This document shows positions 46,012 to 64,000 of a DNA stretch of 64,000 nucleotides, one piece after another (the first letter of the stretch is position 1; each line of letters begins with the position of its first letter). This DNA is from the human T2T-CHM13v2.0 reference genome, Homo sapiens. Under the pieces are notes generated by a model that was not told the origin of the DNA, searched no databases, and saw only the letters and a program-made list of their open reading frames with translations. The translations under genes and the position numbers were made by a program. The DNA lies in assembly GCF_009914755.1 (NCBI RefSeq), contig NC_060930.1; one strand, given 5' to 3'.

Positions 46012-47040
46012 ATGGGGAGAAACCAGAGCAGAAAAGCTGAAAATTCTAAAAACCAGAGTGCCTCTTCTCCTCCAAAGGATCAAAGCTCCTCGCCAGCAAT
46101 GGAATAAAGCAGGACAGAGAATGACTTTGACGAGTTGACAGAAGTAGGCTTCAGAAGGTAGGTAATAACAAACTTCTCCAAGCTAAAGGAGCATGTTTGA
46201 ACCATCACAAGGAAGCTAAAAACCTTGAAAAAAGGTTAGACGAATGGCTATCTAGAATAAACAGTGTAGAGAAGACCTTAAATGACCTGATGGAGCTGAA
46301 AACCATGGCATGAGAACTTCGTGATGCATGCACAAGCTTTAATAGCCAATTCGATCAAGTGGAAGAAAGGCCATCGGTGATTGAAGATCAAATTAATGAA
46401 ATAAAGCGAGATGACAAGGTTAGAGAAAAAAGAGTAAAAAGAAATGAGCAAAGTCTCCAAGAAATATGGGACTATGTGAAAAGACCAAATCTACGTTTGA
46501 TTGGTGTACCTGAAAGTGATGGGGAGAATGGAACCAAGTTGGAAAATACTCTTCAGGATATTATCCAGGAGAACTTCTTCAACCTAGCAAGGCAGGCCAA
46601 CACTCAAATTCAGGAAATACAGAGACCAGAAAGATACTCCTCAAGAAGAGCAACCCCAAGGCACATAATTGTCAGATTCATCAAGGTTGAAATGAAGGAA
46701 AAATGTTAAGCACAGCCAGAGAGAAAGGTCAGGTTACCAACAAAGGGAAGCCCATCAGACTAACAGCGGATCTCTTGGTAGAAACCCTACAAGCCAGAAG
46801 AGAGTGGGGGCCAATATTCAACATTCTTATTCAACATTATTAAAGAAAAGAATTTTCAACCCAGAATTTCCTATCCAGCCAAATTAAGCTTCATAAGTGA
46901 AGGAGAAATAAAATCCTTTACAGACAAGCAAATGCTGAGAGATTTTGTCACCACCAGGCCTGCCTTACAAGAGCTCCTGAAGGAAGCACTAAACATGAAA
47001 AGAAACAACCAGCCACTGCAAAAACGCGCCAAATTGCGAA
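46012..47040 (+). pseudogene. L1 ORF1 (disrupted)
   Basis: MGRNQSRK start; REKRVKRNEQSLQEIWDYVKRPNLRLIGVPE; stops and frameshifts. Confidence 0.9.
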
Positions 47041-47102
47041 GACCATTGATCCTATGAAGAAACTGCATCAATTAATGGGCAAAATAACCAGTTAACATCA
47101 CA

Positions 47103-50917
<3,815 letters not shown>

Positions 50918-51789
50918 CCAATGGGAACACTTGGACACAGGGTGGGGAACATCACACACCGGGGCCTGTCAGGGTTTGGGGGCCTCAGAAGGGATAACGT
51001 TAGGAGAAATACCTAATGTAAATGACGAGTTTATGGGTGCAGCAAACCAACATGGCACATGTATACCTATGTATCAAACCTGCACGTTGTGCACATGTAC
51101 CCTAGAACTTAAAGTATAATAATAAAAAAAAAACACCAGAGTGATGAGATCCATTAAAAAAAGTTATATATTATCTTTATTATTGTTATTGTTAACATTG
51201 GGTTTTGCCTTTTTAGTCCTTAATGTTAACCATTTTAATGACTGCATTTAAAACATGAGGCTCATTTTTACCCTTCGTATCCTCAAATATGAGCCCCCCA
51301 GCCCTCTGTCATTTTAGCTACAGCAGGCAGGAGTCAAGGAGTCCCACTCCCATGGACAGCAATGGTGTGAGAGCTGATTTCCCAGGGATCAGACTGCCCC
51401 TTCTTTTTTCTATTTTGTTTCTTTACTCTTCTTTTGATCTTATGCTCTCAGCTTCTTTGTCCAAGCTCCTCCCTCTTCTCTCACCCCTCCTCCTCCCTGA
51501 CCCCTCCTATACTTGTGAACTCCTTACCACCCCAAATGCCAAGAATGTGAATTATATAAAAAGGCAAAAATATAAGATGTAAACAGAACCAGACAATGGA
51601 GAAGGAAGCAAAATTGTTTTTCAAATATAAGAGGAAAAAGCAAATCCTCTAAAAGATCCTATTACATGGTGGTGACTCAGATACTGGGGCTTGGGAAGGG
51701 ATGGATCATTTCAACTCTCATGGGAAGGTAACTTTGTCCTATACAAAGACTGTGATCTTGAGAAGTGATAGCTTCCCCCAAGGTAAGGT

Positions 51790-53190
51790 ACTTGCAATAC
51801 CACAATCTAGTTAGAAACATGTATTTGGTCTCTGTTCCTGCTTTGATAGAAGTGCTCTATCTTGTAGATAGAGATGCTAGGAGAATCTTTTGTTCTAATA
51901 TTTGGTCTTTGACCCTAGTTCCTGACACAGAGCATCTAAAACCTTTGTAATTTCCTGAGTGATACGAGTGTCTGACACAGAGCTCCTAAATCCTTTAGAA
52001 CTTCCTGGGTAATAAGAGCATCTTTTGTTCTAGTGAGGCAACTTTCGGTGGGCTTCTGGATAGCCTCAGGATGGAGGCTGTTTGCCAGGGGAACCAACCA
52101 TATGACTAAAGGCTGAAACTTTAAGCCCCATTCCCTGATCTCAGAGAACGCAAGAGGGGCTGAAGGTTAAATGGATCCTCGATGACCAGAAATGTAATCA
52201 ATTACACCTATGTAATGAAGCTTCAATATAAATCCAAAGGGACCATGGTATAGAGAGCTTCCAGGTGGCTGAATAGGTAGAGACTCCTACCCAGAAATGG
52301 CCTGGAAGCTCTGTGTCCCTTCCCACACGCCTTGCCCTATGTATGCATCTCTTCCATCTGGCTCTTCATCTGTATCTTTTGTAATATCGTTTATAATAAA
52401 TGCGTAGATTAAGTAGGTTGTTTCCCTGAGTTCTGTAAGCCTCTCTAGCAAATTAATCAAACTCAAGGAGGAGGAATTCTGATTTACAGCTGTTTGGTCA
52501 CAAGTATAGGTGACCTACTAATTGTGATGGGCATCTGAAGTTGGAGGGCAGTTTTGTGGGACTGAGCCCTTAACCTGTGGAATCTGACTCTAATTCCAGG
52601 TAGATAGTGTCATTATTGAATTAAATTATAGGACACCCAGTTGCTGGTGTTAAAAGAAAAACTTCAGCTGAATTAAATTTAAAGGAGTTTAATTGAGCAA
52701 TGAATGATTCGCGAATAGGACAGCCCTCAGACTCAGCAGATTCAGAGAGACTACAAGCGTGCCTCGTGGTCAGAACAAATTTACAAACAAAAAAGGGAAG
52801 TGACATACAGAAATCAGAAGTGAGGTACGGAAACAGCTGGATTGGTTACAGATTGGTGTTTGCTTTATTTGAACACAGTTTGAACACTTAGCAGTCTACG
52901 AGTGGTTGAAATATGGCCTCTGGGATTGGCCAAGACTCAGCTATTGTTACAGGCACATAGTCCTAAGTTAGGTTTTCAACTTGTCTGCTTATCTTAATAA
53001 GGTTACAGTTCATCCACCAGGTCTCAAATATAAAATTACGGAGTCCTTCTCAGCCCATATTTAGTTTGCTTTAACAGTGTTCACTGGAAAATTGCTTTTG
53101 GTGTGTGAGAAAAAAAATCCCCACACACATTTTGGTGACCAGAGGTGACGTATTCTATATTGGGTGTGTAAGAAAAACACTTGGTTTTCC
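51790..53190. mobile_element. MER21-type LTR interrupted by another LTR
   Basis: Same family as 13516-14380; sequence resumes after 53076. Confidence 0.7.
52648..53076 (-). mobile_element. MER57-type (ERV1) solo LTR nested in MER21
   Basis: TGTTAAA...TTTAACA inverted termini; minus strand starts TGTTAAAGCAAACTAAATATGG. Confidence 0.7.
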
Positions 53191-54322
53191 ATCACATACT
53201 CCCAGAGCCAGGGGAGAATGCAGGAGGCCTGTCAGTAATGCCTCTAGGAGAAACCAGTGGGCTTCTTGGCAGAGGTAACACATGAGCAGGCTATTGCTGA
53301 ATGCAGTATGACTCTCGGTGGATACAGGGAGAAGGGCATGTCTCCCCCATCAAAGGAGCAGCCAAACAATGACGAGAAGTCCTCAAAGCCCCTCCATGGT
53401 GTGACCTCTGGAATCCCCTCCAACTTCACGTATCACTCCCTTCCATGCTCCCTCTGCTCCAGCTACACTGACTTCCATGCTGTTCCTTAAACTTGCCAAG
53501 CAAACCCTGCCTTGAGGGTTTTTGCACTTGCTGTTCTCTCTGCCTGCCAATCTCCTTTCTCACTCCTTCATTGTATCCTCCACTCACAGCCATCACTTCA
53601 GAGAAGCCCTCTCTGGCCCCCCTTCTAAAATAGCAATCCCTGTCATTCTCCATCCACTTTCCTATTTTGCCTTTATCAGCATTTTTCTCTACCTGGCATT
53701 ACATTTTTTCCTTCTGTGTTTATCTTACCATTTTCTGTCTTCCCCCATTAAGTTAAGCCCTGTACTTACAAGACCTTTTCCCACAAGCTTCTTAGCAGAC
53801 TTAGAATTGATTCCTTTGTTTTGGGCTGGCTGCACAATTTTTTCACTTTGCCTTAGAATTTCATCACCAAGAAGTCTTCACACACAAAGTCTTCACAATC
53901 AGGGCAAATGTTCCTCAAAATTCATTTTTTAAATCCAGGTAGAATTTTCTTACCCCTGTTTAACCCTTCCTATCTGTCATTCATTGGCTTTGTGAATTAT
54001 CTCAAGCCTGAATTATTCTACCTCACCCCAGCCTGTCTGTGCCCTGCCTATGTCAAGAATTCTGCCTTAGCACTGAGAGCCTGCCTGAGAGCTGGGGTTT
54101 AAAATGTCAGGTGGGACCCACTAGCACAATTGTGTTTCAGTCCAGACTTGTTGAGCTGCCTGGGTGCAGACATGTAGGAGGTGGAGGGCTAGGTTACACA
54201 GGGGTGAAGCTTATAACAGAAAGGGGACAGGGCAAGGGTGTTAAGGGTGTATGCAGTGGAAGATTCACAAAGACAGATTTTGAAGTCTACCTGAGGAAGT
54301 GTGGAAGTGGGAACAGACCATG

Positions 54323-54798
54323 GATGGTTATGGTAAACTGAATAACCTCCCCCTAAAATATTCACATCTTAAATGGCCAGATCCCGTGAATGTTACTTTA
54401 TATAGCCAAGGAGACTTTGCAGGTGTAACTGAGTTGAGGAGACTTTGCAGGTGTAACTGAACTTAGGATCTTGAGATGAGATTATCCTGGGTTATCTAGT
54501 GAGCTATAAATGTAATCACAAGGGTCCTTATAAGACAGGGGACAGAAGGTCAAAGGAAGAAGAAGATGTGTTGATGGACGCAGCAATAAGAGTGATGCCC
54601 TTTGAAGACAGAGGAGGAAAGCTATGAATCCAGGAATGTAGGTGGCTTCTGGAAGCTGAAAAAAGCAAGGAAATGGATTCTCCCCTAGAGCCTCCAGCAG
54701 GATGCAGTCCAGCCTATGCCTTGACTGTAGCCCAATAAGACCGATTTCAAATTTCTGACCCCTAAAACTGTAAGAGAATAAATTTGTGTTGTTTTAAG

Positions 54799-54800
<2 letters not shown>
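54323..54800 (+). mobile_element. MLT1-type MaLR LTR
   Basis: GACTTTGCAG, GGATTCTCCCCTAGAGCCTCCAG, AATAAATTTGTGTTGTTTTAAG. Confidence 0.82.

Positions 54801-54842
<42 letters not shown>
54800..54842. repeat. (GA)n microsatellite
   Basis: Read directly. Confidence 0.95.
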
Positions 54843-56296
54843 ATTTTCTGCCTTAAGGCCATGTGAGAGCTGTCAATTGCCAAGGTGTCTGCTGAATTTA
54901 ACCAGGAAGCCACTCTCATTGAATCATCATCATCACCATCCTCCTCCTCATTATTAGCACCTCTGGGATTCCATTGCCACTACCACCACAGCAACAGCTG
55001 ACATTTATCAAGCAGTTACCTTACACCAGGTTCCTTGGTATGTGTTTTACACGCATTATCTAATTTCTGTATTTACAATAACCTTGTATGGGAGGTACCA
55101 TTATTAACCTTATTTTAGAGGTGAAGAAAATGGGACTGAAAGGTAACTTTTTGAACAGAAGTTTCATAGGCTTTCTACCAGGTGGGGAAATACACACATT
55201 TCCTATTTTATGGTTTGCCTGATGGTAATGAACAGGGTTTGAGACTGGGAGTAGGGGAGGGGGCACAGTAATGGACATAATCCCTTAGTACCTCCCTTTC
55301 TGATATCTGCTTCTTTCTTTGGTATTTGGGGTTGGGGAGCAGGCACACCAACCTAAAACAAATCTTAGTCCCTGATCCATGACTCTGGCAATGGTTTTCT
55401 GGAAGAGACCCCAGTAATAATAATAATCACCACTTTACAAAGCTACTATGTACTCAGCACATTATTAATAGACTTTCTAATCTCCACAACTATCTTGTAT
55501 GGTAGATATTACTGACATTTGTCAGATAAGAAAACTACACCTCAGGTAGGTTAGATGACTGGTCCAAGGCTACCCAGCTAGTTAGTAAATGCCTAATCTC
55601 AGATTCAAACCAAAGGCTGATGCCATCATCTATATTGTTTCAATTACTCTAGGCCACTCTCTAACAACCAGCTCACAGAGAGCACATATTGAGGTCCATT
55701 TCAGATTTATACCCAGATTTGAGTTGAGCATCTGATCTTATATGGCCAAAGAGACTTTGCAGGTATAACTGAGTAAAGAGCCTTGAGATGGGGGGACTAT
55801 CCTGGATTATCCAGTGGGCCGTAAATGTAATCACAAAGGTTCTTCTGCTGGCTTTATTTGGGCTTTAGTGGATGCTGTGCCTTCTGCAGTTCAGACTTCT
55901 TCTGAGACAAGCACTTAAAAATTGGAGTTCAGGCCTTTACACCTAGGTCACAGCTACCCCAACCCTGGGGTGGGTTGTTGACTGGCTGTTTGGCCAAGCA
56001 AACCTCAGTGTTTCATTCTGAGATATTCAAAGGTTCTGGGAATTGGGACATGGATGTCTTTTGGGGAACATTGTTTAGCTACTACATCAGGTAATGCAGA
56101 TCAACTTCAACCTTGGGCCTGAAGGCCAAGTTTCTCCCTTAAAATCTGGCTTTAGATTGAATATCTCATCTTATAGGACACTTTGTCCCAGTGCCACAAC
56201 TGGTAAAATTCACTAGAAATGTAATGACAAATAGTTATCAAGTGCCTACTACTACATGCTAGTCACTGTGTTGGTCTCCAGGGATTTCAGAGTTTA

Positions 56297-57558
56297 TGGT
56301 GCTGGGATAATTGGCAATCCACAAGTAGAAGAATGAAACTGGATTCTCCTCTCTCATCTTATACAAAAATCAATTCAAGATGGATCCTGAATTCAATTCA
56401 AGACTTAAATCTAAGACCCAAAACCATAAAAATTCTAGAAGATAACATGGGGAAAACCCTTCTAGACACTGGCTTAGTCAAAGACTTCATGACCTAGAAT
56501 CCAAAAGCAAATGCAACAAAAACAAAGATAGAGAGATGGGGCTTAATCAAACTAAAAAGCTTCTGCACAACAAAAGAAGCAATCAGCAGAGTAAACAGAC
56601 ATGTTTACTCTGGGAGAAATCTTCACAATCCATACATCTGACAAAGGACTAATATCCAGAATCTACAAGGAAGTCAAATAAATCGGCAAGATAAAACCAA
56701 ACAATCCCATCAAAAAGTGAGCTAAGGACACGAATGGATAATTTGCAAAAAACAAACATATACAAACATGAAAAATGCTCAACATCACTAATGATCAGGG
56801 AAATGCAAATCAAAACCACAATGTGATACCACCTTACTCCTGCAAGGATGACCATAATCCAAAAATCAAATAATAATAGAGGTTGGCATGGATGCAGTGA
56901 AAAGGGAACACTTTTACACTGCTGGTGGGAATGTAAACTAGTACAGCCACTGTGGAAAACTCTGGAGATTCCTTAAAGAACTAAAAGTAGAACTTCCATT
57001 TGATTCAGCAATCCTACTCCTGGGTATCTACCCAGAGGAAAAGAAGTCATTATACTAAAAGGATACTTGCACATGCATGTTTATAGCAGCACAATTTGCA
57101 ATTGCAAAAATATGGAACCAGCTCACATGCCCATCAATCAAGTGGGTAAAGAAATTGTGGCACATACATCTACCATAAAATACTACTCAGCCTTAAAAAC
57201 AAGCAAAATAATGGCATTTGCAGCAACCTGGATGGAATTGGAGACCATTATTCTAAGTGAAGTAACTCAGGAATGGAAAACTAAACATAGTATGTTCTCA
57301 CTCATAAGTGGGAGCTAAGCTATGAGGATGCAAAGGCATAAGAATGATACAATGGACTTTGTGGATTCAGGGGGAAGGATAGGAGTGGTGAGGGATAAAA
57401 GACTACACACTGGGTACAGTGTACACTGCTCGGGTCCTGGGTGCACCAAAATCTCAGGAATCACCACTAAAAAGCTTATTCATGTAACCAACCACGACCT
57501 GTTCCCAAAAAGCTACTGAAATGTAAAAAAAAAAAAGAAAAAAGAAAAGAGAAAAAAT
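56297..57558 (+). mobile_element. 5'-truncated L1PB-type element with A-rich tail
   Basis: ORF2 3' end (FAATWMELETIILSEVTQEWK) and L1PB-type 3' UTR. Confidence 0.85.
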
Positions 57559-57921
57559 ACTTGAGTTCTGTAGGAAAAGAAAGAGCTAGACCATGTAAAG
57601 AGCATGAGGGGAAAACATTCCAGACAGAGAGAAATGACTAGACTAAGGCCTTTGAGAGAGGTTGCACACTCGGGAACTGAAGGAAGAGTGTGTGGTTGCA
57701 GAGTAAGGAAGGAGAGAATGTCACAACATGGCTGGAAACGCAGGCAGGGGCCAGATTATGTGGATGTTTCAAGTCAGGAAAGGCCTTGGGATTTTATTCT
57801 AAGAGTAGATAGAGTCCACTGACAGGAGAATACTGTTAATGTGACAATGAAATGTGGTTAATGATATTAAAGGATTCCAAACCCCAGTTACATGTTTCTT
57901 GAACAAAAAAGTGTAGGCTAA

Positions 57922-58218
<297 letters not shown>

Positions 58219-60253
58219 GGAAGTCACTTCTTAAAAGTAGGTTTCCTTCCCATGATGGAGAAAACTCAATACTACTAATGCATTTTTCTCCAGACTTGAG
58301 AAGAGGGTTCTGGCATTGCTTCTATGTCTGCCATTGCAGCTTCTTTACAACTAACATCAAAGATAACTTTCTTACTTTAAAAACCTTCATGCTTTTTGGC
58401 CCAGTACTTCCAGATCTGGGAATATATTCTAAGGAATAATAATCAATGTAAATAATGATTTATGTAGAAGGATAATTGTAGCATCATTGCAATAGTGAAA
58501 ATATTAGAACAACCCTGGTATTAACGGGGGGAATGATCATGTCTATTGAAATGATAGAATATTATATAGTCATTAGAATACTATCTTTTGAGGATGACAT
58601 CTTTTTACATGTTTAGTTATATAAAAATCTTGCTAATATAACTTGAAGTTAAGATAAATAGACTATTAATAAATATATACCCACATATGTACATAAACAT
58701 ATTCTCTATTTCAGTTAAGACAAATGCAAATGAACGTAAAAATAAAAATATTTACAATGGGTATCTCCATGGCTGCTCCTTACTCAGCATAAGATACTAA
58801 TTGACGTTTCTTGAATATCACCCAGTCTATAGTAGACACTAGGGTAATAATTATTGACTAAAGAATAACTCCCTGAGAATACAGAACTAATTCCAGATAT
58901 GTGAATGACAGCTTAGCTTTGCTTTAGTGCAATGGGTGATGGCAAGTTTAAGAATCCTTAAATTAGAAACATTTCCCCCTTATAAAAAGATTTTCTTGTC
59001 CTTTATTTTGTATCTTCTGAGCCTCTTTCAGAGCATAAAATGTGATTATTTCTGCCAGTCCCAACATCCCTATTCTGTGTGCCTCGTGAAAAAAAAAAAC
59101 TCATTAATTTATCAATCATCATCAAGAAATAGAGGTGGTAGTGAGATATTTAATAGAAGTTTGGAACTGCATTGATTGACACAGAGAATAAATAACTGTT
59201 TGTTTATATGATAATTGGAGTAGTCCGGGGAAATGTGCTCCCTCCCAAATCTTTCTTTCCTTCTAGCAGTCTGAAATATCACATTAGAGGAGAATTTGTT
59301 CAGCTTAAGGTATCATTAAAAATATAAATACCCAAAGAAATAGAGTGAGCCATTCTCAGTTATAATTAATTAAGTAGATCCTGTTCAATATTACCAAGGT
59401 CTGGGAGAGGGGGCCTTGCTCTGCAGTAGAGGGGAAACAACAGGATGCCCCAGGGGAATGAGGAGCTAAGAGGCAGGACGCTGGTGAGGAAGAGATATGA
59501 AGAACTAGGGAGCGGGCGGGACGGGCCTCATGAGAACACTGAATGAGGTATGTGAATGCCTGAATTTAGGCTCCACCTTAGTCACTAATAGTCACTAACA
59601 GAGTCTGCTTGGAGAGGAGGTTTGACACGTGTTAGGGCCTGCCATCTCCATAGTCCCTTCTGAAGAAGACAGACCATGGCCATCCTGGTCATGGCGGATG
59701 GGCCCCAGGACAACTGATCCACAGGCCCAGTGGCAGCCTTCATGAGTGGCTGACACAAGAACTTTGTCCATAAGAAATAACTATGAAACTAAATGAACCA
59801 ACCAGTCCCTCTGTCTTCAGGGGTGTGAAGGATAGATAGAAGGAAAGAGAGCTAGCAATGGGCACAAGCCGAAGGAACCCCGGAGAGAACGAGAAGTCAG
59901 GAACCTTAACCATGAAAGACTGAGAGTCAGCAGAAGCTGTAAACACTGATGAGTTGGTTTCTTTCAAGTTATTAACCTTCTGCGTCCGTAGAAGTAGCAG
60001 AAGCAGTAAAAGCCGAGACTGAAAGGAGCAGGAATAGGGCAAAGCTTAACCCTCGAGCAGACGGGAAGGGATCCCTGCTGCTGGGTTTGTGGCCAGATGG
60101 CCTGGATTCTCTGCTGTCTCAACTCCTGCAGGAGTGTTCCAGCGGCCACAAAACCCAGGTATGTGGGATTGCGGCTGACCTTCTTCACTTCCCTGTCTAG
60201 ACCAGGACCTGCCACCACACATCCCCTCTAATGCCCATACATGTGCACACAGC

Positions 60254-60254
60254 C

Positions 60255-60290
<36 letters not shown>
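60254..60290. repeat. (CA)n microsatellite
   Basis: Read directly. Confidence 0.95.
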
Positions 60291-60292
<2 letters not shown>

Positions 60293-61394
60293 CTACATAC
60301 CCACCCTTGAGTAAAGGAACTGGGATGTGCCTCTGTTGCTTCCAACTCCAGAGCTTGTTAATTTTAGATAAGTTTCTCTGAGACTAAAAGACGTTTCTAA
60401 AATAAAGCATTTGGACAAGACAGTCTCTAAATTTGTGTCCAAATCTTGCCTTTGGAATTCCATGAATCTAAGATGTGAGGAGATTAGGATTGGATCATGT
60501 TTCATATTACAGTAACTTCCCCCACATAAAGGGAGAGAGATTCTAAAAAAATTTATCCCTTCTTCATTATAGAAATCCAGTGAATATTATAATTTGCCAT
60601 AACAAATTACAAGAACAGGAGAGTTATAAATCTATAAGATGGGCAAAGTATGTACGTGTAGTTGGCAAAAGGGGCTGAGGAGTGGAGAGTTAAGGAAGTA
60701 AGAATTTGCTGAGAAGACAAACTGAGAAATGGAGTGGGCTGGAGCAGGCAGGACTGATTAGGAGGGGCTGAGGTTTGCTGCTTTCAAACTAGCCCTAATC
60801 ACATTATTTGAGAGTGCACAGTGGGTCTGGTGCCTTTTCTCCAAATGATGTAGACATATGTCCGCTCAAATAAATTAATACTCTCATCTCATCTGACTCA
60901 TTTGGTGGGGATGACAAGCACACATCTGACTGAAATAGAAGAAGGAGAGGGCACAGTGGCAGGAAGAAGGAAGGCAGAGATATTGCACAAATTATCAGAC
61001 CTTCCCCTCACCACGGGATAATACCCAAACTCCCAGCTGCGGGCATGACTGGCCCTACCTCATCTCCCTCATCCTTGCCTTCCTACTGCGCATGGCATGA
61101 GCCAACTATACTAAATTTTTTGGCAGTTTAGTTATATTCTTGCTATCTTTTGCCTCTGTGCTTCTATGTATTCTCTTCTCTCTGTTAGGAGAATCCTGAT
61201 TCTCCTACCTACACAGAGAACTTCTATCCTTCCTTCAAGTCATGAAACAAGCTTTATATCCCCCCATCTAGAATATAATCTCTGATAGGGCAGGACCTTT
61301 GTGTTTTGTTCATGATGATATACCCAATAGCTAGAGCAGTGTCTGGCACTTAGCCAGCTCTCAGTCAGTGTTTGTTAGCTGGGTGAATGGCTGG

Positions 61395-61874
61395 TGTTAA
61401 AGAAAAAATGTATTCATTCTGACACGTGTTAAGAGCAATAAGGTGAACTTTAGCCAAGTGGGACAATTACAATAAGTATACAGGAGAGCTACTACAAGGG
61501 GGTCTTGCAGAAGGACAGAGAAATTGGGCTTGACTCCAAATACAACAAGGAAAAGTGGGAATTTATAGCTAAGAAGCAGAGAGGTCAGTGGAGGGAAATC
61601 AACTAAGAGGAAACATTGGGGTAAGGAAGAATTCTGGCTAAACTGACCTAACAGGATTCTTGCTAAAGGCAGGCCGGGATATCAGACATCACCTGGGGGA
61701 TATTGAGGGTAATCATATATCCAGGGTAGGCAGTTATGGTTAAAACAACTTAGCAGAATTCTTACTAAAATTGGAAAATGAGAGATGAACACAGAAGCCC
61801 AAAAGTTGACCTAACTGAGAAAAGAGTTCAAGAGAGCCTGAGTAGAGTTTAGCCAAGGAGATAATCTTTTGTCA
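61395..61874 (-). mobile_element. ERV1 solo LTR (MER31/MER67-like) inserted in an L2 tail
   Basis: TG...CA termini; minus start TGACAAAAGATTATCTCCTTGGCTAAACTC; family name recalled. Confidence 0.55.
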
Positions 61875-61883
61875 ATGTATAGG

Positions 61884-61939
61884 TGGATGAATGGATGGAT
61901 GGATGGATGGATGGATGGATGGATGGATGGATCGATGGA
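61884..61939. repeat. (GGAT)n microsatellite
   Basis: Read directly. Confidence 0.95.
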
Positions 61940-63312
61940 CAAAAGAACTTCCTCTTAACCCCCACAAGTCCCTTTGGGTACAAATTGTTTCTTTCCTGTT
62001 GTCTATTTACCACATTTTATAAATCTTTATTAGGCCTTATACCCAAGAGACAGAATCTCCTAAAGAGAAGATATCATGTAATAATAAAAGCAGAGAATGA
62101 TGGGTAGACAGGGAAGAAGAAGGAGACCAGCTATTTATAACCATCAATTCCCATCTAAGAAGCTAGATTCTATTAAATAAAGAGCCCCTGCTGTTCTGTT
62201 GGACTCTTGGGTCATTTTAATATCCAATGGATCTGAGAGTATAGGCTGCTGGGAACTGGATACCTTCCCATAAAACAAACAGGGGAATATAAGGGAGGAG
62301 AAAAGATACTAGGAGGAGGAGAAGAAGGTGGTATGACTGGCAGTCTGTTCTGGGTGAGAGAATATTACTAAAAAGTTGCTGTTAATGGTAAGGCTGGATA
62401 ACTTTTTAGATTTGAAGATATTTGTCTTCCTGCAACATAAACCTTTTTCTGTGTCCCTCAGTCTTCAATGAGCCCTATGCCACATGCTTGAAGTGAAAGG
62501 GACTGAACTCCCTATTAAGTAGGAAGAAGAGAGCTTTGCCAGATGATGAATCAACCTAGAAACTGAGGAAAAGCAGGAGTTTGAACCAGAACACACTGTA
62601 AGCCTCCTGGGAATGCAGTCATCTTAGGGTGGGTTTTGGACTCCCACAGGGCTGGCAACAGGGGTTCAAGACAACCATGTCTACAATTTGGGACCAGGAA
62701 TGACCCAGCTCATGTTTAACTCATAGAAGACTCTGAACAACTTTGTTGGGGGAAAAAAACAAAGGGGAAAACTGAGGAAAGGGAAAGATGTAAATACTTG
62801 TACTTGTTTTCAGAACTGAGCCTTGATTGCTTAATGCAAACATGGAAATAAAAATAGTATACTTATAATAAAAGAGCTACTCAAAGAATTTTCGTTCATA
62901 AGCTCTCAGAGGCTTTAGCAAAACTAAAAATTTGGGAAAATTTGTCTTGACCTCTCATTCATTACCTCCCAGACATCAGTCACTCTCCCCAAAGCATTTG
63001 CTTGCCAAAGGGGAAACTTTGAACCCTGAAAGACCTTTAAATAAAGTAGTTAAGATAGTCTGGGTGGGGTAGTTTTATGCACAAGAGGTCAACCCGCTGG
63101 ATCAGGGAGTAAATTACAAGGATTCAAATTTGCACCCTCACACCCTTTTCCTCTATAAATCCTCCAGTCCAGGAGAGAACACATAGAAGGACCTGATAAC
63201 TGCGTGTTCACCGTGCACAATATTCACCACTCTCTCTCTCCCCCTTCTCTTCTTTAGTCTCACAGCATTAATTTAGGATCTCGCTGTCTCCCTCATCTCA
63301 TTCCTGAACTAG

Positions 63313-63694
<382 letters not shown>

Positions 63695-64000
63695 CCATTA
63701 ATCTTAAAATACTGGTTTGACTTTGCACTCACCTGTGCCTCATTGCCTGAAGAATAAAAAAGAGGCTCTGTCCCCAACATGTCTCTTGTGCTTATTCTTT
63801 AAGTCTGTGCTCAGACACCATCTCTAATTCTGTGCTCCCTCGAGGAAAATTTAGTTCTCCCTGTTCTCTAGATAGAGTGCTTTTTACACTCTCCTACTAT
63901 TAGAATTAATTGTTTATGTGTCTGTCTCCACACAAGGCTGTGACCCCCACCAGGACATGACCACACCTTTGTTTTCTGTAGTTCTGTATCTTTAGCCCAA

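Overview
Human genomic DNA; a human-specific AluYb8 insertion is present. The window holds the 5' half of TNFRSF21 (death receptor 6, DR6) on the minus strand: coding exons 1-3 (26574-26669, 3103-3754, 1097-1591) with canonical GT-AG junctions, a CpG-island promoter and a 5' UTR rich in upstream AUGs. The death-domain exons lie beyond the left edge. Upstream are about 37 kb of repeat-rich intergenic DNA. It contains a co-oriented HERV-K(HML-3)/MER9 provirus with four internal deletions, two LTRs and a 6-bp TSD, about 2.8 kb from the promoter. It also contains a truncated AluYb8, a full-length degenerate L1PA element with TSD, older L1/L2/MIR/MER/MaLR copies and many Alus. I found no CRISPR array, RNA gene or demonstrably new system. 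The best leads are hypotheses: an in-frame provirus-to-DR6 splice, uORF control of DR6, the architecture of the deleted provirus, and several templated inverted-repeat mutation scars. Repeat subfamily names come from recalled consensus sequences, and boundaries of old repeats are approximate.
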